Source: a virus. Taken from it: a DNA stretch of 64,000 bases. Under the pieces are notes generated by a model. That model was not told the origin of the DNA, made no database searches, and saw only the letters and a program-made list of their open reading frames with translations. The first letter of the stretch is position 1; every line of letters starts with the position of its first letter. The position numbers were made by a program, and so were the translations under genes. The stretch covers positions 121,653 through 185,652 of IMG/VR virus record IMGVR_UViG_3300025168_000032; one strand, written 5' to 3'. Shown here one piece after another: positions 28,822 through 36,640 of the stretch.

Positions 28822-28846
28822 CAAACAAAAGTAAACATGTTACATA
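28818..28846 (+). promoter_or_regulatory. sigma70-type promoter
   Basis: TTGACA-N17-TACATT with TG extension. Confidence 0.75.
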
Positions 28847-28852
28847 TTATAT

Positions 28853-29056
28853 ATGGAGAGGAAAGTGAAAAAATATTATATTGGAGATTTGGTAATGCAC
28901 ATAAGTACTAATCGGATTGGTGTTGTCACTACAGACAGTAACATACTACTCGGATACCCACGGGGGGTGCATGTTTGTTACGTTGCGTGGTCAGACACGC
29001 ACTACTCCAATCTAATGGATATAGGGGCACTCTCCGGAGTTTTCAAGAGTAAATGA
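28853..29056 (+). CDS. Small SH3/KOW-like protein
   Basis: YIGDLVM...IGVV...VAW. Confidence 0.5.
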   Translation: MERKVKKYYIGDLVMHISTNRIGVVTTDSNILLGYPRGVHVCYVAWSDTHYSNLMDIGALSGVFKSK

Positions 29057-29310
29057 ATTTTAATAATTCTCACTTATCTAAGTCTTTCGAGGATATAGAA
29101 CATAAGCGTAGATGGTGGCAAGGAAAGCTTGTCAAGGTAAGGAGCACAATAAATACACTTTTCATTAACACTCCACCAGAAGAAGAAATAGGAATAGTGG
29201 TGGAGTTTCTACAAACAAGCGTTGGCGATCATCTTCGAGTACACTTTGTAAGTTATGGCAAGTGTACATGGGTTTTCCCGTCTGACGTATTCACACAGGA
29301 TGAGACATGA
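29053..29310 (+). CDS. Small SH3/KOW-like protein
   Basis: GKLVKV...IGIVV...VHF. Confidence 0.5.
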   Translation: MNFNNSHLSKSFEDIEHKRRWWQGKLVKVRSTINTLFINTPPEEEIGIVVEFLQTSVGDHLRVHFVSYGKCTWVFPSDVFTQDET

Positions 29311-29675
29311 GTTATTTTAAGAAGTTTATAGCAATTTCAGCTTTTATGATGGCACCTTTCTACGAAGCTTGTGCAATGCGAGTTCTTATAAAGGATAATC
29401 ATTACACAACCCAGTCAGCGACCACAGTCTACAACGTAGAAGAGTACCACAAAGAGACTCAACAACCCCAACCCACAGTTGGGTCACAAAGTCCAACATC
29501 CAAGCGCAAAATAAAGCGTAAAAAGAAAGCAATACGCAGAGTTCCCAAGCACAAAAAAAGAAAAAAGATTAGTAAGCGTCCATCTCGTAAAGTTAAAAAA
29601 GAATGGAAGCGAAAAGGCAGAAAAGCAGTTAATAAAAGAAATAAAAAACACAAATATAAAAAAAGGGACAAATAA
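29307..29675 (+). CDS. Protein with hydrophobic N-terminus and very Lys/Arg-rich C-terminal half
   Basis: KRKIKRKKK...HKYKKRDK; stop codon lies inside the first dyad element. Confidence 0.5.
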   Translation: MSYFKKFIAISAFMMAPFYEACAMRVLIKDNHYTTQSATTVYNVEEYHKETQQPQPTVGSQSPTSKRKIKRKKKAIRRVPKHKKRKKISKRPSRKVKKEWKRKGRKAVNKRNKKHKYKKRDK

Positions 29676-29709
29676 TGTCCTACCCGTATACTACCTACTA
29701 TGATACATT
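29666..29709 (+). repeat. Dyad promoter element, type A, copy 1
   Basis: GGACA-AATAA-TGTCC-TACCCG-N17-TACATT. Confidence 0.9.
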
Positions 29710-29731
29710 ATAGACAAGACAGGAGAGTGCG

Positions 29732-29863
29732 ATGAAAAACAACCTATTTATTTTGATATCAGTGGCACTTCTTATTGTAGTGGCTGATCCCAGATGGGCT
29801 TTCCTGATTTCTTGTTTAGTTTTAACCACAATATTGCTTTCCATTGGAGGTAACAATGAGTAG
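29732..29863 (+). CDS. 43-aa membrane peptide
   Basis: AGGAG RBS; two hydrophobic segments. Confidence 0.5.
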   Translation: MKNNLFILISVALLIVVADPRWAFLISCLVLTTILLSIGGNNE

Positions 29864-30149
29864 TTTATTTTTTGGAGGGGAAAAAGCCCCTAAAGAGGAA
29901 GCAGAAGCAGCCCTCATGAAAGACATGGTAGAATATACCGATAACCGATTTTGGGTCCGTTTCGAGAGTGATGACACCAGCACACATCTAACCGCCATTA
30001 TTGAGAGTAAGCACAACGCCACATCTTCACTATTTAAGTTAAAAAAACCTTTGCCGGCTAAATATATGGGCTGGCGATTGATTGTTAAATCAGTTCCGCC
30101 TAACTATATAGAATATATTTTGCTTGCAAAGGAGAAAGCTAATGATTAG
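29856..30149 (+). CDS. Hypothetical protein
   Basis: GGAGG RBS. Confidence 0.55.
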   Translation: MSSLFFGGEKAPKEEAEAALMKDMVEYTDNRFWVRFESDDTSTHLTAIIESKHNATSSLFKLKKPLPAKYMGWRLIVKSVPPNYIEYILLAKEKAND

Positions 30150-30324
30150 GCCATTTAAAATAACAAAAAAACACTTAGGTAAGTACGAAGAACTCTCAAA
30201 TTATGATCTTGGAATGTATGCAATCCAAGTCAGACCAGAACAACCCCTGATGGTGTACGAAACCATTCAGATAGCGGTCAAAGCATACAGTTATTTTCAG
30301 AACATAATCAAAAAGGACAATTAA
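30142..30324 (+). CDS. Hypothetical protein
   Basis: AGGAG RBS; stop inside dyad copy 2. Confidence 0.5.
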   Translation: MIRPFKITKKHLGKYEELSNYDLGMYAIQVRPEQPLMVYETIQIAVKAYSYFQNIIKKDN

Positions 30325-30358
30325 TGTCCTACCCACCTACCCCCGAGCATGATATGTT
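30315..30358 (+). repeat. Dyad promoter element, type A, copy 2
   Basis: GGACA-ATTAA-TGTCC-TACCCA-N17-TATGTT. Confidence 0.9.
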
Positions 30359-30381
30359 ATGTATACAACCAAGGAGATAGT

Positions 30382-30627
30382 ATGAATGAGAAACTTGAAG
30401 CGATCAAAGAAGCAATAACCTTTATTAGGCACAATTGGCTCGATAACTCTGGTATATGGAGAGGCGAACTAAATGACTTTGTTGGGGCCATCAAACTAAG
30501 CAATGTCTCAGGTCGCGAGGTCACGCGCTTAGTCAAAGCTATTGCTGATGGTGAACACACACCAGTAGACGGGATAACTGGAACTTTACTTGGAGGAAAG
30601 TTGACAATCGTTAGGGTTTCGAGATGA
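30382..30627 (+). CDS. Hypothetical early protein
   Basis: CCAAGGAG RBS. Confidence 0.55.
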   Translation: MNEKLEAIKEAITFIRHNWLDNSGIWRGELNDFVGAIKLSNVSGREVTRLVKAIADGEHTPVDGITGTLLGGKLTIVRVSR

Positions 30628-31418
30628 TAGGTATAGAGTGGGGATCAGGAACTGTACGTTGCAGCTTTTGTGGCAAAAGGGGGCACAATATCTCCTCCTG
30701 TAGCCATGTCGAGGAAGTATTCCAGACCATCACGAAGAACAACCAAGACACAACAGATCTAACGTTCACTCAAAGACAAGCCGTGCATGAAATGAAAAAT
30801 AGAACCGTCCGAAACCAAAAAAGAAAAAACCGTAGAAATGCTAAGAAAGGCTCACGCTGTTCTTTTTGTAGAGAGGGAGGGCACAGGAGAACTACCTGCA
30901 CTAAACACAAGTCTTTTGGAAAAAAAATATATAGAGCAAACCAAATCTGGAAAAAAGAGTTTGCTGAACTTGTTAACGAGACTGGAATAGGCGTAGGGTC
31001 GCTTATCGAGTTTCCGAGAGCTTCAATCATGTGGTATGCAGCAGATAACGACAAACTAAGGGGAATAGTTACTGCTTTTAATATGGATAGCCTAAACATA
31101 TTTTCTGCTTGGCCTAATCAAGATAAATACAGAACCGTACCCAATATGATTGTTGTAGACTGTGCGGATTATAAGCAGGTTAATTGGCCATTCAATAAAA
31201 TCCAGCCGTTTGTTGATAACGGCCTAACTTTATCACGATGGGGTAACGTCACAACCGATATTATTTGTAGTGCTCCATGGCAGCCACCTACTGGGTGGCT
31301 GGAAAGCAAAGAAAACCCAGAGATTGAATATGTACTTGGCAGTCTTTCTCGTGAACATAGAGCGTATGCAGCAATTGACACCCTTGTAAAAAACTGGCTA
31401 AACAGGGATAATAAATGA
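30624..31418 (+). CDS. Double CCHC zinc-knuckle protein (paralogue 1)
   Basis: CSFCGKRGHNISSC and CSFCREGGHRRTTC, both Cx2Cx4Hx4C. Confidence 0.75.
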   Translation: MIGIEWGSGTVRCSFCGKRGHNISSCSHVEEVFQTITKNNQDTTDLTFTQRQAVHEMKNRTVRNQKRKNRRNAKKGSRCSFCREGGHRRTTCTKHKSFGKKIYRANQIWKKEFAELVNETGIGVGSLIEFPRASIMWYAADNDKLRGIVTAFNMDSLNIFSAWPNQDKYRTVPNMIVVDCADYKQVNWPFNKIQPFVDNGLTLSRWGNVTTDIICSAPWQPPTGWLESKENPEIEYVLGSLSREHRAYAAIDTLVKNWLNRDNK

Positions 31419-31723
31419 GCAAGACGCTTAGGAGAGCAGTGATACGCTCAAGAACAAACAGCGAATGGTATAACACCAAAAGGCGGTCAAAAAATGACCT
31501 ACCCGATTCACCAAAGGCAAGATATATTACTAACACACCCAAGGAGGATGTAATGGTTGACGTTGACAAGATAATACAATATGAAAATGGAGAGATGCAG
31601 GAAGATGAAGTAATAGAGTTCTTTCAAGAGCTTATTAACACAGGTCATGCTTGGACCCTCCAAGGGCATTACGGTAGAGTTGCCAGCGGTCTTATTAAGG
31701 CTGGCCTCTGTACAAGACCATGA
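31415..31723 (+). CDS. Hypothetical protein; probable true start 31553, with an upstream stub reading through dyad copy 3
   Basis: AAGGAGG RBS before MVDVDK...FQELINTG.AW.LQGHYGR. Confidence 0.6.
   Translation: MSKTLRRAVIRSRTNSEWYNTKRRSKNDLPDSPKARYITNTPKEDVMVDVDKIIQYENGEMQEDEVIEFFQELINTGHAWTLQGHYGRVASGLIKAGLCTRP
31485..31528 (+). repeat. Dyad promoter element, type A, copy 3
   Basis: GGTCA-AAAAA-TGACC-TACCCG-N17-TATATT. Confidence 0.9.
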
Positions 31724-31887
31724 TGATCGGGGACTTGATCTATATTTCAGATTGGAAGGAGTATGCTATTGTAATGGAGAAGGGCGAGGTTTTTACTGAT
31801 GAATGCTCATGGCGCGTGTCGATTATCTCAGACCCTGAATTGGTCGAAGTTTTTAGTTATGAGATGGAGGTGATTAATGAAGCATGA
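31720..31887 (+). CDS. 55-aa SH3/KOW-like protein (not in track)
   Basis: MMIGDLIYI...MEVINEA. Confidence 0.55.
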   Translation: MMIGDLIYISDWKEYAIVMEKGEVFTDECSWRVSIISDPELVEVFSYEMEVINEA

Positions 31888-32095
31888 ACCAGCTAAATAC
31901 GAAGTTGGTGACTTGGTTGGCATTGGCTGGAATGGTAAGTTAAAATGCCCAAATCCAGCCATTGTGATAAAGGTTTTAGACCCCGTTTCTATCTCTTGCG
32001 GTAGCACCTTGTATGTCGTCAGACCAGTTAAGGACCATGAGAGTGAGAGTTGGTGTGACTATACGCATCTGACCCCTTGGGTAACGGACAAATAA
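31877..32095 (+). CDS. SH3/KOW-like protein
   Basis: YEVGDLV; stop inside dyad copy 4. Confidence 0.6.
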   Translation: MKHEPAKYEVGDLVGIGWNGKLKCPNPAIVIKVLDPVSISCGSTLYVVRPVKDHESESWCDYTHLTPWVTDK

Positions 32096-32129
32096 TGTCC
32101 TACCCACCTACCCCTGCCTGTGATATACT
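32086..32129 (+). repeat. Dyad promoter element, type A, copy 4
   Basis: GGACA-AATAA-TGTCC-TACCCA-N17-TATACT. Confidence 0.9.
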
Positions 32130-32153
32130 ATATACATAACCAAGGAGAACAAA

Positions 32154-32207
32154 ATGAACGAACATGAAGAAGAAGAAAGAATGTGGAGAACGTGGGGTGA
32201 CCAATGA
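32154..32207 (+). CDS. 17-aa mini-ORF or gene stub
   Basis: CCAAGGAG RBS; MNEHEEEERMWRTWGDQ; ATGA-coupled to the next gene. Confidence 0.4.
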   Translation: MNEHEEEERMWRTWGDQ

Positions 32208-32377
32208 AAGTAGGAGATTTAGTAAGATACGATATGGATGATCTTTGCGTAGGTGTTGTCACCTGCATCGATCCAGAAGAGCTTGGTGATGATGGCGAAG
32301 TGGAAGTCGTTTGGGTCGGTGGTGCTGTAAGCAACCATTCAACTTATTTTTTGGAGGTGATCAGTGAAAATAAATGA
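32204..32377 (+). CDS. 57-aa SH3/KOW-like protein (not in track)
   Basis: MKVGDLVRY...GVV...VEVVW.GG...FLEVISENK. Confidence 0.65.
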   Translation: MKVGDLVRYDMDDLCVGVVTCIDPEELGDDGEVEVVWVGGAVSNHSTYFLEVISENK

Positions 32378-32558
32378 TTTAGTAAAAGTAGGTGACTTAG
32401 TAAGGTACAAACATCGTTACATAGGAGAACAGTTTGTAGTTGTAGCCGTTCGCACAAACCACACCAGCCCCAAACGTCTAAAGGTGCTGTGCGTATCAGC
32501 CAAGACCCTAAAAAAAACAAGATGGTCTTGGTCATCGACCGTTAGTGTGCTTGCGTGA
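32364..32558 (+). CDS. SH3/KOW-like protein with duplicated start motif
   Basis: MKINDLVKVGDLVRY. Confidence 0.6.
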   Translation: MKINDLVKVGDLVRYKHRYIGEQFVVVAVRTNHTSPKRLKVLCVSAKTLKKTRWSWSSTVSVLA

Positions 32559-32761
32559 ATGTTGGTGATTTGGTCTGGGTATACCGCAATGCTCACCCAA
32601 GCCGAGAAAGGTTTATAGGTGTGATCACTGAGATCGAAGACCCTTGGGGTTCGGATCGTGGGTGTAGCGTGTTTGTTACCTTTTTTGACGGAGACTGGGG
32701 AGTATATCACCCATCCCAAATCAATCTTATCCCAAAAGAGAAAGAACATGAAAGTAGGTGA
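32555..32761 (+). CDS. SH3/KOW-like protein
   Basis: MNVGDLV...IGVI...VTFFDG...HESR. Confidence 0.65.
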   Translation: MNVGDLVWVYRNAHPSRERFIGVITEIEDPWGSDRGCSVFVTFFDGDWGVYHPSQINLIPKEKEHESR

Positions 32762-32912
32762 TTTAATAGTGCCAACCAAAAGGATGCGAGACTTCGGCTA
32801 TCACGAGGTTGGTATTGTAATTAGGATATGGGGTGGCAGATCGGTGGTCGCCTTTCCAGATGGAAGCTCCCAGACTTTCCACCCATCTCAATTGAAACCG
32901 GACAAAAATTGA
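32748..32912 (+). CDS. SH3/KOW-like protein
   Basis: MKVGDLI...VGIVI...VAFPDG...LKPDKN; stop inside dyad copy 5. Confidence 0.65.
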   Translation: MKVGDLIVPTKRMRDFGYHEVGIVIRIWGGRSVVAFPDGSSQTFHPSQLKPDKN

Positions 32913-32943
32913 CCTACCCATGTACCCCCGAGCATGATATATT
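32900..32943 (+). repeat. Dyad promoter element, type A, copy 5
   Basis: GGACA-AAAAT-TGACC-TACCCA-N17-TATATT. Confidence 0.9.
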
Positions 32944-32966
32944 ATATGTAGACCCAAGGAGAAACC

Positions 32967-33671
32967 ATGAGAAGAAGAACATCAGAAGAAATCGCAGCAG
33001 CGATTGAAAGAGCAGAACAAATGGGAAGACATAGATCCGTAAAGGTTATGGCTGATATGAAAACGCAATTTGACAGCCGAGGGTGTCTATCAGATCGCCA
33101 ATGGGACTACTTGAACAAACTTATGCTTGATAATTGCAAAGCAGCATTGGTGGATTTTAATGAATACTTTGAACGCTTTACCACAGATAAAGAGTTTAGG
33201 GAAAAGGCGGAGGTCGTGTCTCGATATTACCAAGGGGCCGGACAATACTACGTCAGAGCAGCGACGCAAACACTGATAGCATTAAAGAGTAATGACAAGA
33301 ATGATTTGCCACCGTACCATTCTTTTTCCAAAATGATAAATAACAAATACGCTGATAAGGTATGGGATAGCCATAGTAAACCACCTTTATATTCAGCAGG
33401 TGACTTGATAAAAATACGCTCTACTGGTATCAATCGGATATGGAGCCAAAGAAAAAGCACCGAAGAGGAGCAAGCTGGGATCGAGAACCTCAACAGCCAC
33501 CCTTGTTTGGTCATCAAGGCAAACGCGAAACCCATCACTACTGCGCTTCAATACAAACCAAAACAGGGTGGCGCAAGGGTTTACTCTGTTATGCCAGTCG
33601 GCAGCACGTTGATTTACTATATCTTAGAATGTGATTTGAAGAAGAATCGCACACCAAAAGCCAAAAAATAG
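32967..33671 (+). CDS. Hypothetical protein with C-terminal SH3-like domain
   Basis: LSDRQW.YL helix; YSAGDLIKIR domain. Confidence 0.6.
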   Translation: MRRRTSEEIAAAIERAEQMGRHRSVKVMADMKTQFDSRGCLSDRQWDYLNKLMLDNCKAALVDFNEYFERFTTDKEFREKAEVVSRYYQGAGQYYVRAATQTLIALKSNDKNDLPPYHSFSKMINNKYADKVWDSHSKPPLYSAGDLIKIRSTGINRIWSQRKSTEEEQAGIENLNSHPCLVIKANAKPITTALQYKPKQGGARVYSVMPVGSTLIYYILECDLKKNRTPKAKK

Positions 33672-33679
33672 GGACTGAT

Positions 33680-33946
33680 ATGGATATTATATTTGAAGAG
33701 GTGCCGCTGCCATTCAAACTTGGCCTTGGAAACAAAAATGGCAAGATAACAAGAGTGCTGGTGCACCATAAGGGAAATTTTTATATAGTATCAGAGAACA
33801 CAGCCCTAAAAGAGACGCTGGTTTTTCCTGCTTCTCCAACGGGCGAGATACTTGACTGGGTTGAAGTGGGCGGCGGAGACGGATTAACACTAAAAGAGGT
33901 TTTGGCTAACTTCGACCAGAACCTACATTCCGAGATGTATTTTTAA
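33680..33946 (+). CDS. Hypothetical protein
   Basis: TLVFPAS..GEILDW.EV.G. Confidence 0.55.
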   Translation: MDIIFEEVPLPFKLGLGNKNGKITRVLVHHKGNFYIVSENTALKETLVFPASPTGEILDWVEVGGGDGLTLKEVLANFDQNLHSEMYF

Positions 33947-33949
33947 GCC

Positions 33950-33993
33950 GGACATTTTCTGACCTACCCATCTACCCCTGCCCATGATACATT
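33950..33993 (+). repeat. Dyad promoter element, type A, copy 6
   Basis: GGACA-TTTTC-TGACC-TACCCA-N17-TACATT. Confidence 0.9.
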
Positions 33994-34017
33994 GTATACA
34001 GAACCAAGGAGAACCCA

Positions 34018-34887
34018 ATGAAAATATTTGAAGAAAAGAACAGACCCACACACAAAAGCAGTGCGAACGCTTGTGGCTATTGCCGCAACACAGGACACAA
34101 TAGATCCAACTGTCCTCATGCACCAGAAGACTGGTCACACTTTACCACTTATCAAATACCATTGAAGACCTCAAAGGTACAATCTCAATGGATAAAGTAT
34201 CCAAAGTATTGGGGTGCTTGGTATGAAGAGTGTAAAAAGACTGTGGAACTTCAACAGCGCAATGCACAAAAGGTCAAGGCTAAAAGATCGACAACCAGAC
34301 ACTGTGGTTTCTGTGGTGATGCTGGTCACACTCGTCGTAACTGCTCAGAGATGGAGGAGTTCCTTAAACAGTGCTACAAAGCCAATGAGAACTGGCGAAG
34401 GGCTGCATACAACATTCTCGTTAAAGAGCATGGCATTGATATAGGGGCAGCGGTGCAAGTTTCCCAAAGTCAGTGGGTTGGGGGTGAGAATATTAAGACT
34501 GAACATATTGGACTCATCACCTCCGTTAATTGGGATAGTTTAAATGTTATGACTGCTTATGACAGCGGCTATGATTGGCAGCGGTATGCCCAATGTATTG
34601 ACGTTAGGGTCATGGTTGACGGAAAAGATCATCGTCTTTCACTAAAAGACAAGCTTCACGGTACGTCTCTTTCAGAGGTAATCAACAAGAGAAACACAAA
34701 TACAGGCTATTATTATCAGCAACTTTCCTTAGACAAGGTGATCGGCAAGTCAGCGCAGCCACTAAAAGAAGAATGGGTCACGTCTTACAAAGACGCTTTT
34801 GATTACCTTGCTAAGAAGCTTAGTTTAGAACAGCTTGAAGATCGTGGGATACTCAGTCATATCCAAAGCTGGGCAAATCGGTCATAA
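34018..34887 (+). CDS. Double CCHC zinc-knuckle protein (paralogue 2)
   Basis: CGYCRNTGHNRSNC and CGFCGDAGHTRRNC; stop inside dyad copy 7. Confidence 0.75.
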   Translation: MKIFEEKNRPTHKSSANACGYCRNTGHNRSNCPHAPEDWSHFTTYQIPLKTSKVQSQWIKYPKYWGAWYEECKKTVELQQRNAQKVKAKRSTTRHCGFCGDAGHTRRNCSEMEEFLKQCYKANENWRRAAYNILVKEHGIDIGAAVQVSQSQWVGGENIKTEHIGLITSVNWDSLNVMTAYDSGYDWQRYAQCIDVRVMVDGKDHRLSLKDKLHGTSLSEVINKRNTNTGYYYQQLSLDKVIGKSAQPLKEEWVTSYKDAFDYLAKKLSLEQLEDRGILSHIQSWANRS

Positions 34888-34923
34888 TCTGTCCTACCCA
34901 ATTCCTATCCACCATGATACATT
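34880..34923 (+). repeat. Dyad promoter element, type A, copy 7
   Basis: GGTCA-TAATC-TGTCC-TACCCA-N17-TACATT. Confidence 0.9.
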
Positions 34924-34947
34924 GTATACAGAACCAAGGAGAACAAA

Positions 34948-35100
34948 ATGAAGTTTAAAGTAGGAGATTTAGTAAAGACCCACCGTGGCAATGTTGCCCT
35001 CGTTACAGAGGTTGGCGAAGACTGGTGCAATATACTATTTTGCAACAGTGGGTTTTTAAGAACTGGCTTTCCAGCGTGGTGGTTAGAGGTGGTACAATGA
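34948..35100 (+). CDS. 50-aa SH3/KOW-like protein (not in track)
   Basis: MKFKVGDLVK...WLEVVQ. Confidence 0.65.
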   Translation: MKFKVGDLVKTHRGNVALVTEVGEDWCNILFCNSGFLRTGFPAWWLEVVQ

Positions 35101-35246
35101 AAATCGGTGATTTAGTAAAATACGATTACGATGGAGATACCGGCATAGTCATTGACATAGATGCAACTGGTATGCTTTTCGTTCACTGGAGTGACGGCAA
35201 AGAAGGGTGGCATATCCACAGCGAGTTGGAGGCAGTATGCAAGTAG
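35097..35246 (+). CDS. SH3/KOW-like protein
   Basis: MKIGDLVK..GIVI..VHWSDG..LEAVCK. Confidence 0.7.
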   Translation: MKIGDLVKYDYDGDTGIVIDIDATGMLFVHWSDGKEGWHIHSELEAVCK

Positions 35247-35392
35247 GTGATTTAGTCAAGAACAGGCACGGCAACACGGGGATCATTACAAAACGATATG
35301 GCTTCAAGAAACGGAGGACTTGGTGGGTGCATTGGCTTTGTGGTGAGGACTGCCCGATTCATGAGCGATTTGTGGAGGCAGTATGCAGATAG
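35237..35392 (+). CDS. SH3/KOW-like protein
   Basis: MQVGDLVK..GII..VHWLCG..VEAVCR. Confidence 0.7.
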   Translation: MQVGDLVKNRHGNTGIITKRYGFKKRRTWWVHWLCGEDCPIHERFVEAVCR

Positions 35393-35619
35393 GTGATTTA
35401 GTAAGGATAGATAAGAGTTCCGCTATGGTTGGTCACGTTGGCAAGGTGGGCTTAGTTGTCAGAAGAGTGAAACAAACATTGAAGCCATCTAACACGTGGC
35501 TGATCGCGTTTTCAGATGGCAGTACGGTTATTTTTCATAGAGTAGATTTATTAGAGGTGCCAAATGAAAATAGGAGATTTAGTACAACTATCAGCTTATG
35601 GGGAAGCGAGGAACCATAA
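35383..35619 (+). CDS. SH3/KOW-like protein with extended C-terminus
   Basis: MQIGDLVR..GLVV..IAFSDG..LLEVPNENRR... Confidence 0.65.
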   Translation: MQIGDLVRIDKSSAMVGHVGKVGLVVRRVKQTLKPSNTWLIAFSDGSTVIFHRVDLLEVPNENRRFSTTISLWGSEEP

Positions 35620-35779
35620 CCACGGTTGGTATGGTGGCTGGGGGCTTATATTGGAAATCCATAATGACTCAACCTATCCCATCAAAGCCCAGTGGTACAA
35701 TACCCGTAGTGGCAAAGATCAAGGCGGAGCGCGATTCCACCCAAGAGAATTGAAGAAATATAAACCGGACAAAAATTGA
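35564..35779 (+). CDS. SH3/KOW-like protein
   Basis: MKIGDLVQ..GLIL..AQWY..YKPDKN; stop inside dyad copy 8. Confidence 0.7.
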   Translation: MKIGDLVQLSAYGEARNHNHGWYGGWGLILEIHNDSTYPIKAQWYNTRSGKDQGGARFHPRELKKYKPDKN

Positions 35780-35810
35780 CCTACCCATTTACCCCTGACC
35801 ATGCTATATT
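35767..35810 (+). repeat. Dyad promoter element, type A, copy 8
   Basis: GGACA-AAAAT-TGACC-TACCCA-N17-TATATT. Confidence 0.9.
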
Positions 35811-35834
35811 ATGTACAGAACCAAGGAGAACAAA

Positions 35835-36005
35835 ATGCAAGTAGGTGATTTAATGATTGACGAAAAGACCTTGAGGGAAATAGGGGAAGCAGTTTATGTC
35901 ATCTTTCTTGGTTACAACCAATGGGGTGAGATCAAGGTTATGCTTCCAGACGGATTTGTTTACCAAGGCTGCGAATTGGACTTCAAGGAGGTAGTATGCA
36001 AGTAG
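35835..36005 (+). CDS. SH3/KOW-like protein
   Basis: MQVGDLM...VMLPDG...FKEVVCK. Confidence 0.65.
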   Translation: MQVGDLMIDEKTLREIGEAVYVIFLGYNQWGEIKVMLPDGFVYQGCELDFKEVVCK

Positions 36006-36214
36006 GTGATTTAGTAAAGCAAAAAAGCGATTGGGTTCGGCACAATCCGTGGATGAGTGGTACTGAACTTGATGACAGCCCAGACATCTTGGGAATTATA
36101 GTAAAGGTTGAGGTTCCAGCGTGTTCCATAACATCTGGCTGGTATATAATTGAATGGCTGAACGGTGGAAGGAACCACACAAAAGGAGACAGGTTGGAGG
36201 CAATATGCAAGTAG
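35996..36214 (+). CDS. SH3/KOW-like protein
   Basis: MQVGDLVK..GIIV..IEWLNG..LEAICK. Confidence 0.7.
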   Translation: MQVGDLVKQKSDWVRHNPWMSGTELDDSPDILGIIVKVEVPACSITSGWYIIEWLNGGRNHTKGDRLEAICK

Positions 36215-36417
36215 GAGATTTGGTAACAAGAGATAAGTACCACATGAGTCATGGCAAATTATTCGGAACCATCGTAAAAAGGAAGCCGCTGGAATTTTGC
36301 TTGGGCCCCGACGGAAAGCAGGCATATCAATATAAAATCTATTGGTTGTGTTGTCAAACAAAGATTTGTGCCGATGACTGGTGGATCGATCAATTTTTGG
36401 AGGCAGTATGCAAGTAG
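36205..36417 (+). CDS. SH3/KOW-like protein
   Basis: MQVGDLVT..GTIV..IYW..FLEAVCK. Confidence 0.7.
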   Translation: MQVGDLVTRDKYHMSHGKLFGTIVKRKPLEFCLGPDGKQAYQYKIYWLCCQTKICADDWWIDQFLEAVCK

Positions 36418-36584
36418 GTGATTTGGTAACCCACAGACCAACAGGAGCGGTGGGTATTATTATAGAAGAGAACGGGACCAGTGTCTGTATCGTGTGGAAC
36501 TACGACCCATTGCATAAAGACGAGGGTGAAGAGGAGTGGATAAGCAAGTTTTTCATCGAAAACCTAAAACCGGTCAAAAAATGA
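36408..36584 (+). CDS. SH3/KOW-like protein
   Basis: MQVGDLVT..GIII..IVW..LKPVKK; stop inside dyad copy 9. Confidence 0.7.
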   Translation: MQVGDLVTHRPTGAVGIIIEENGTSVCIVWNYDPLHKDEGEEEWISKFFIENLKPVKK

Positions 36585-36615
36585 CCTACCCATCCACCCC
36601 TGCCTATGCTATATT
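36572..36615 (+). repeat. Dyad promoter element, type A, copy 9
   Basis: GGTCA-AAAAA-TGACC-TACCCA-N17-TATATT. Confidence 0.9.
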
Positions 36616-36640
36616 ATATACATAACCAAGGAGAAAACTT

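Larger units (their letters stand above)
35226..36428 (+). repeat. Five copies of the inter-gene junction repeat GGAGGYARTATGCARRTAGGWGATTTRGT
   Basis: Copies at ATG 35237, 35383, 35996, 36205 and 36408; each encodes EAVCK-stop (or a variant), the RBS and MQVGDLV. Confidence 0.85.

Noticed and set aside
31720-36584. Diversity-generating retroelement acting on the SH3 genes
   Set aside because: No reverse transcriptase, and no TR/VR pair differing only at adenines; gene interiors are unrelated at the DNA level.
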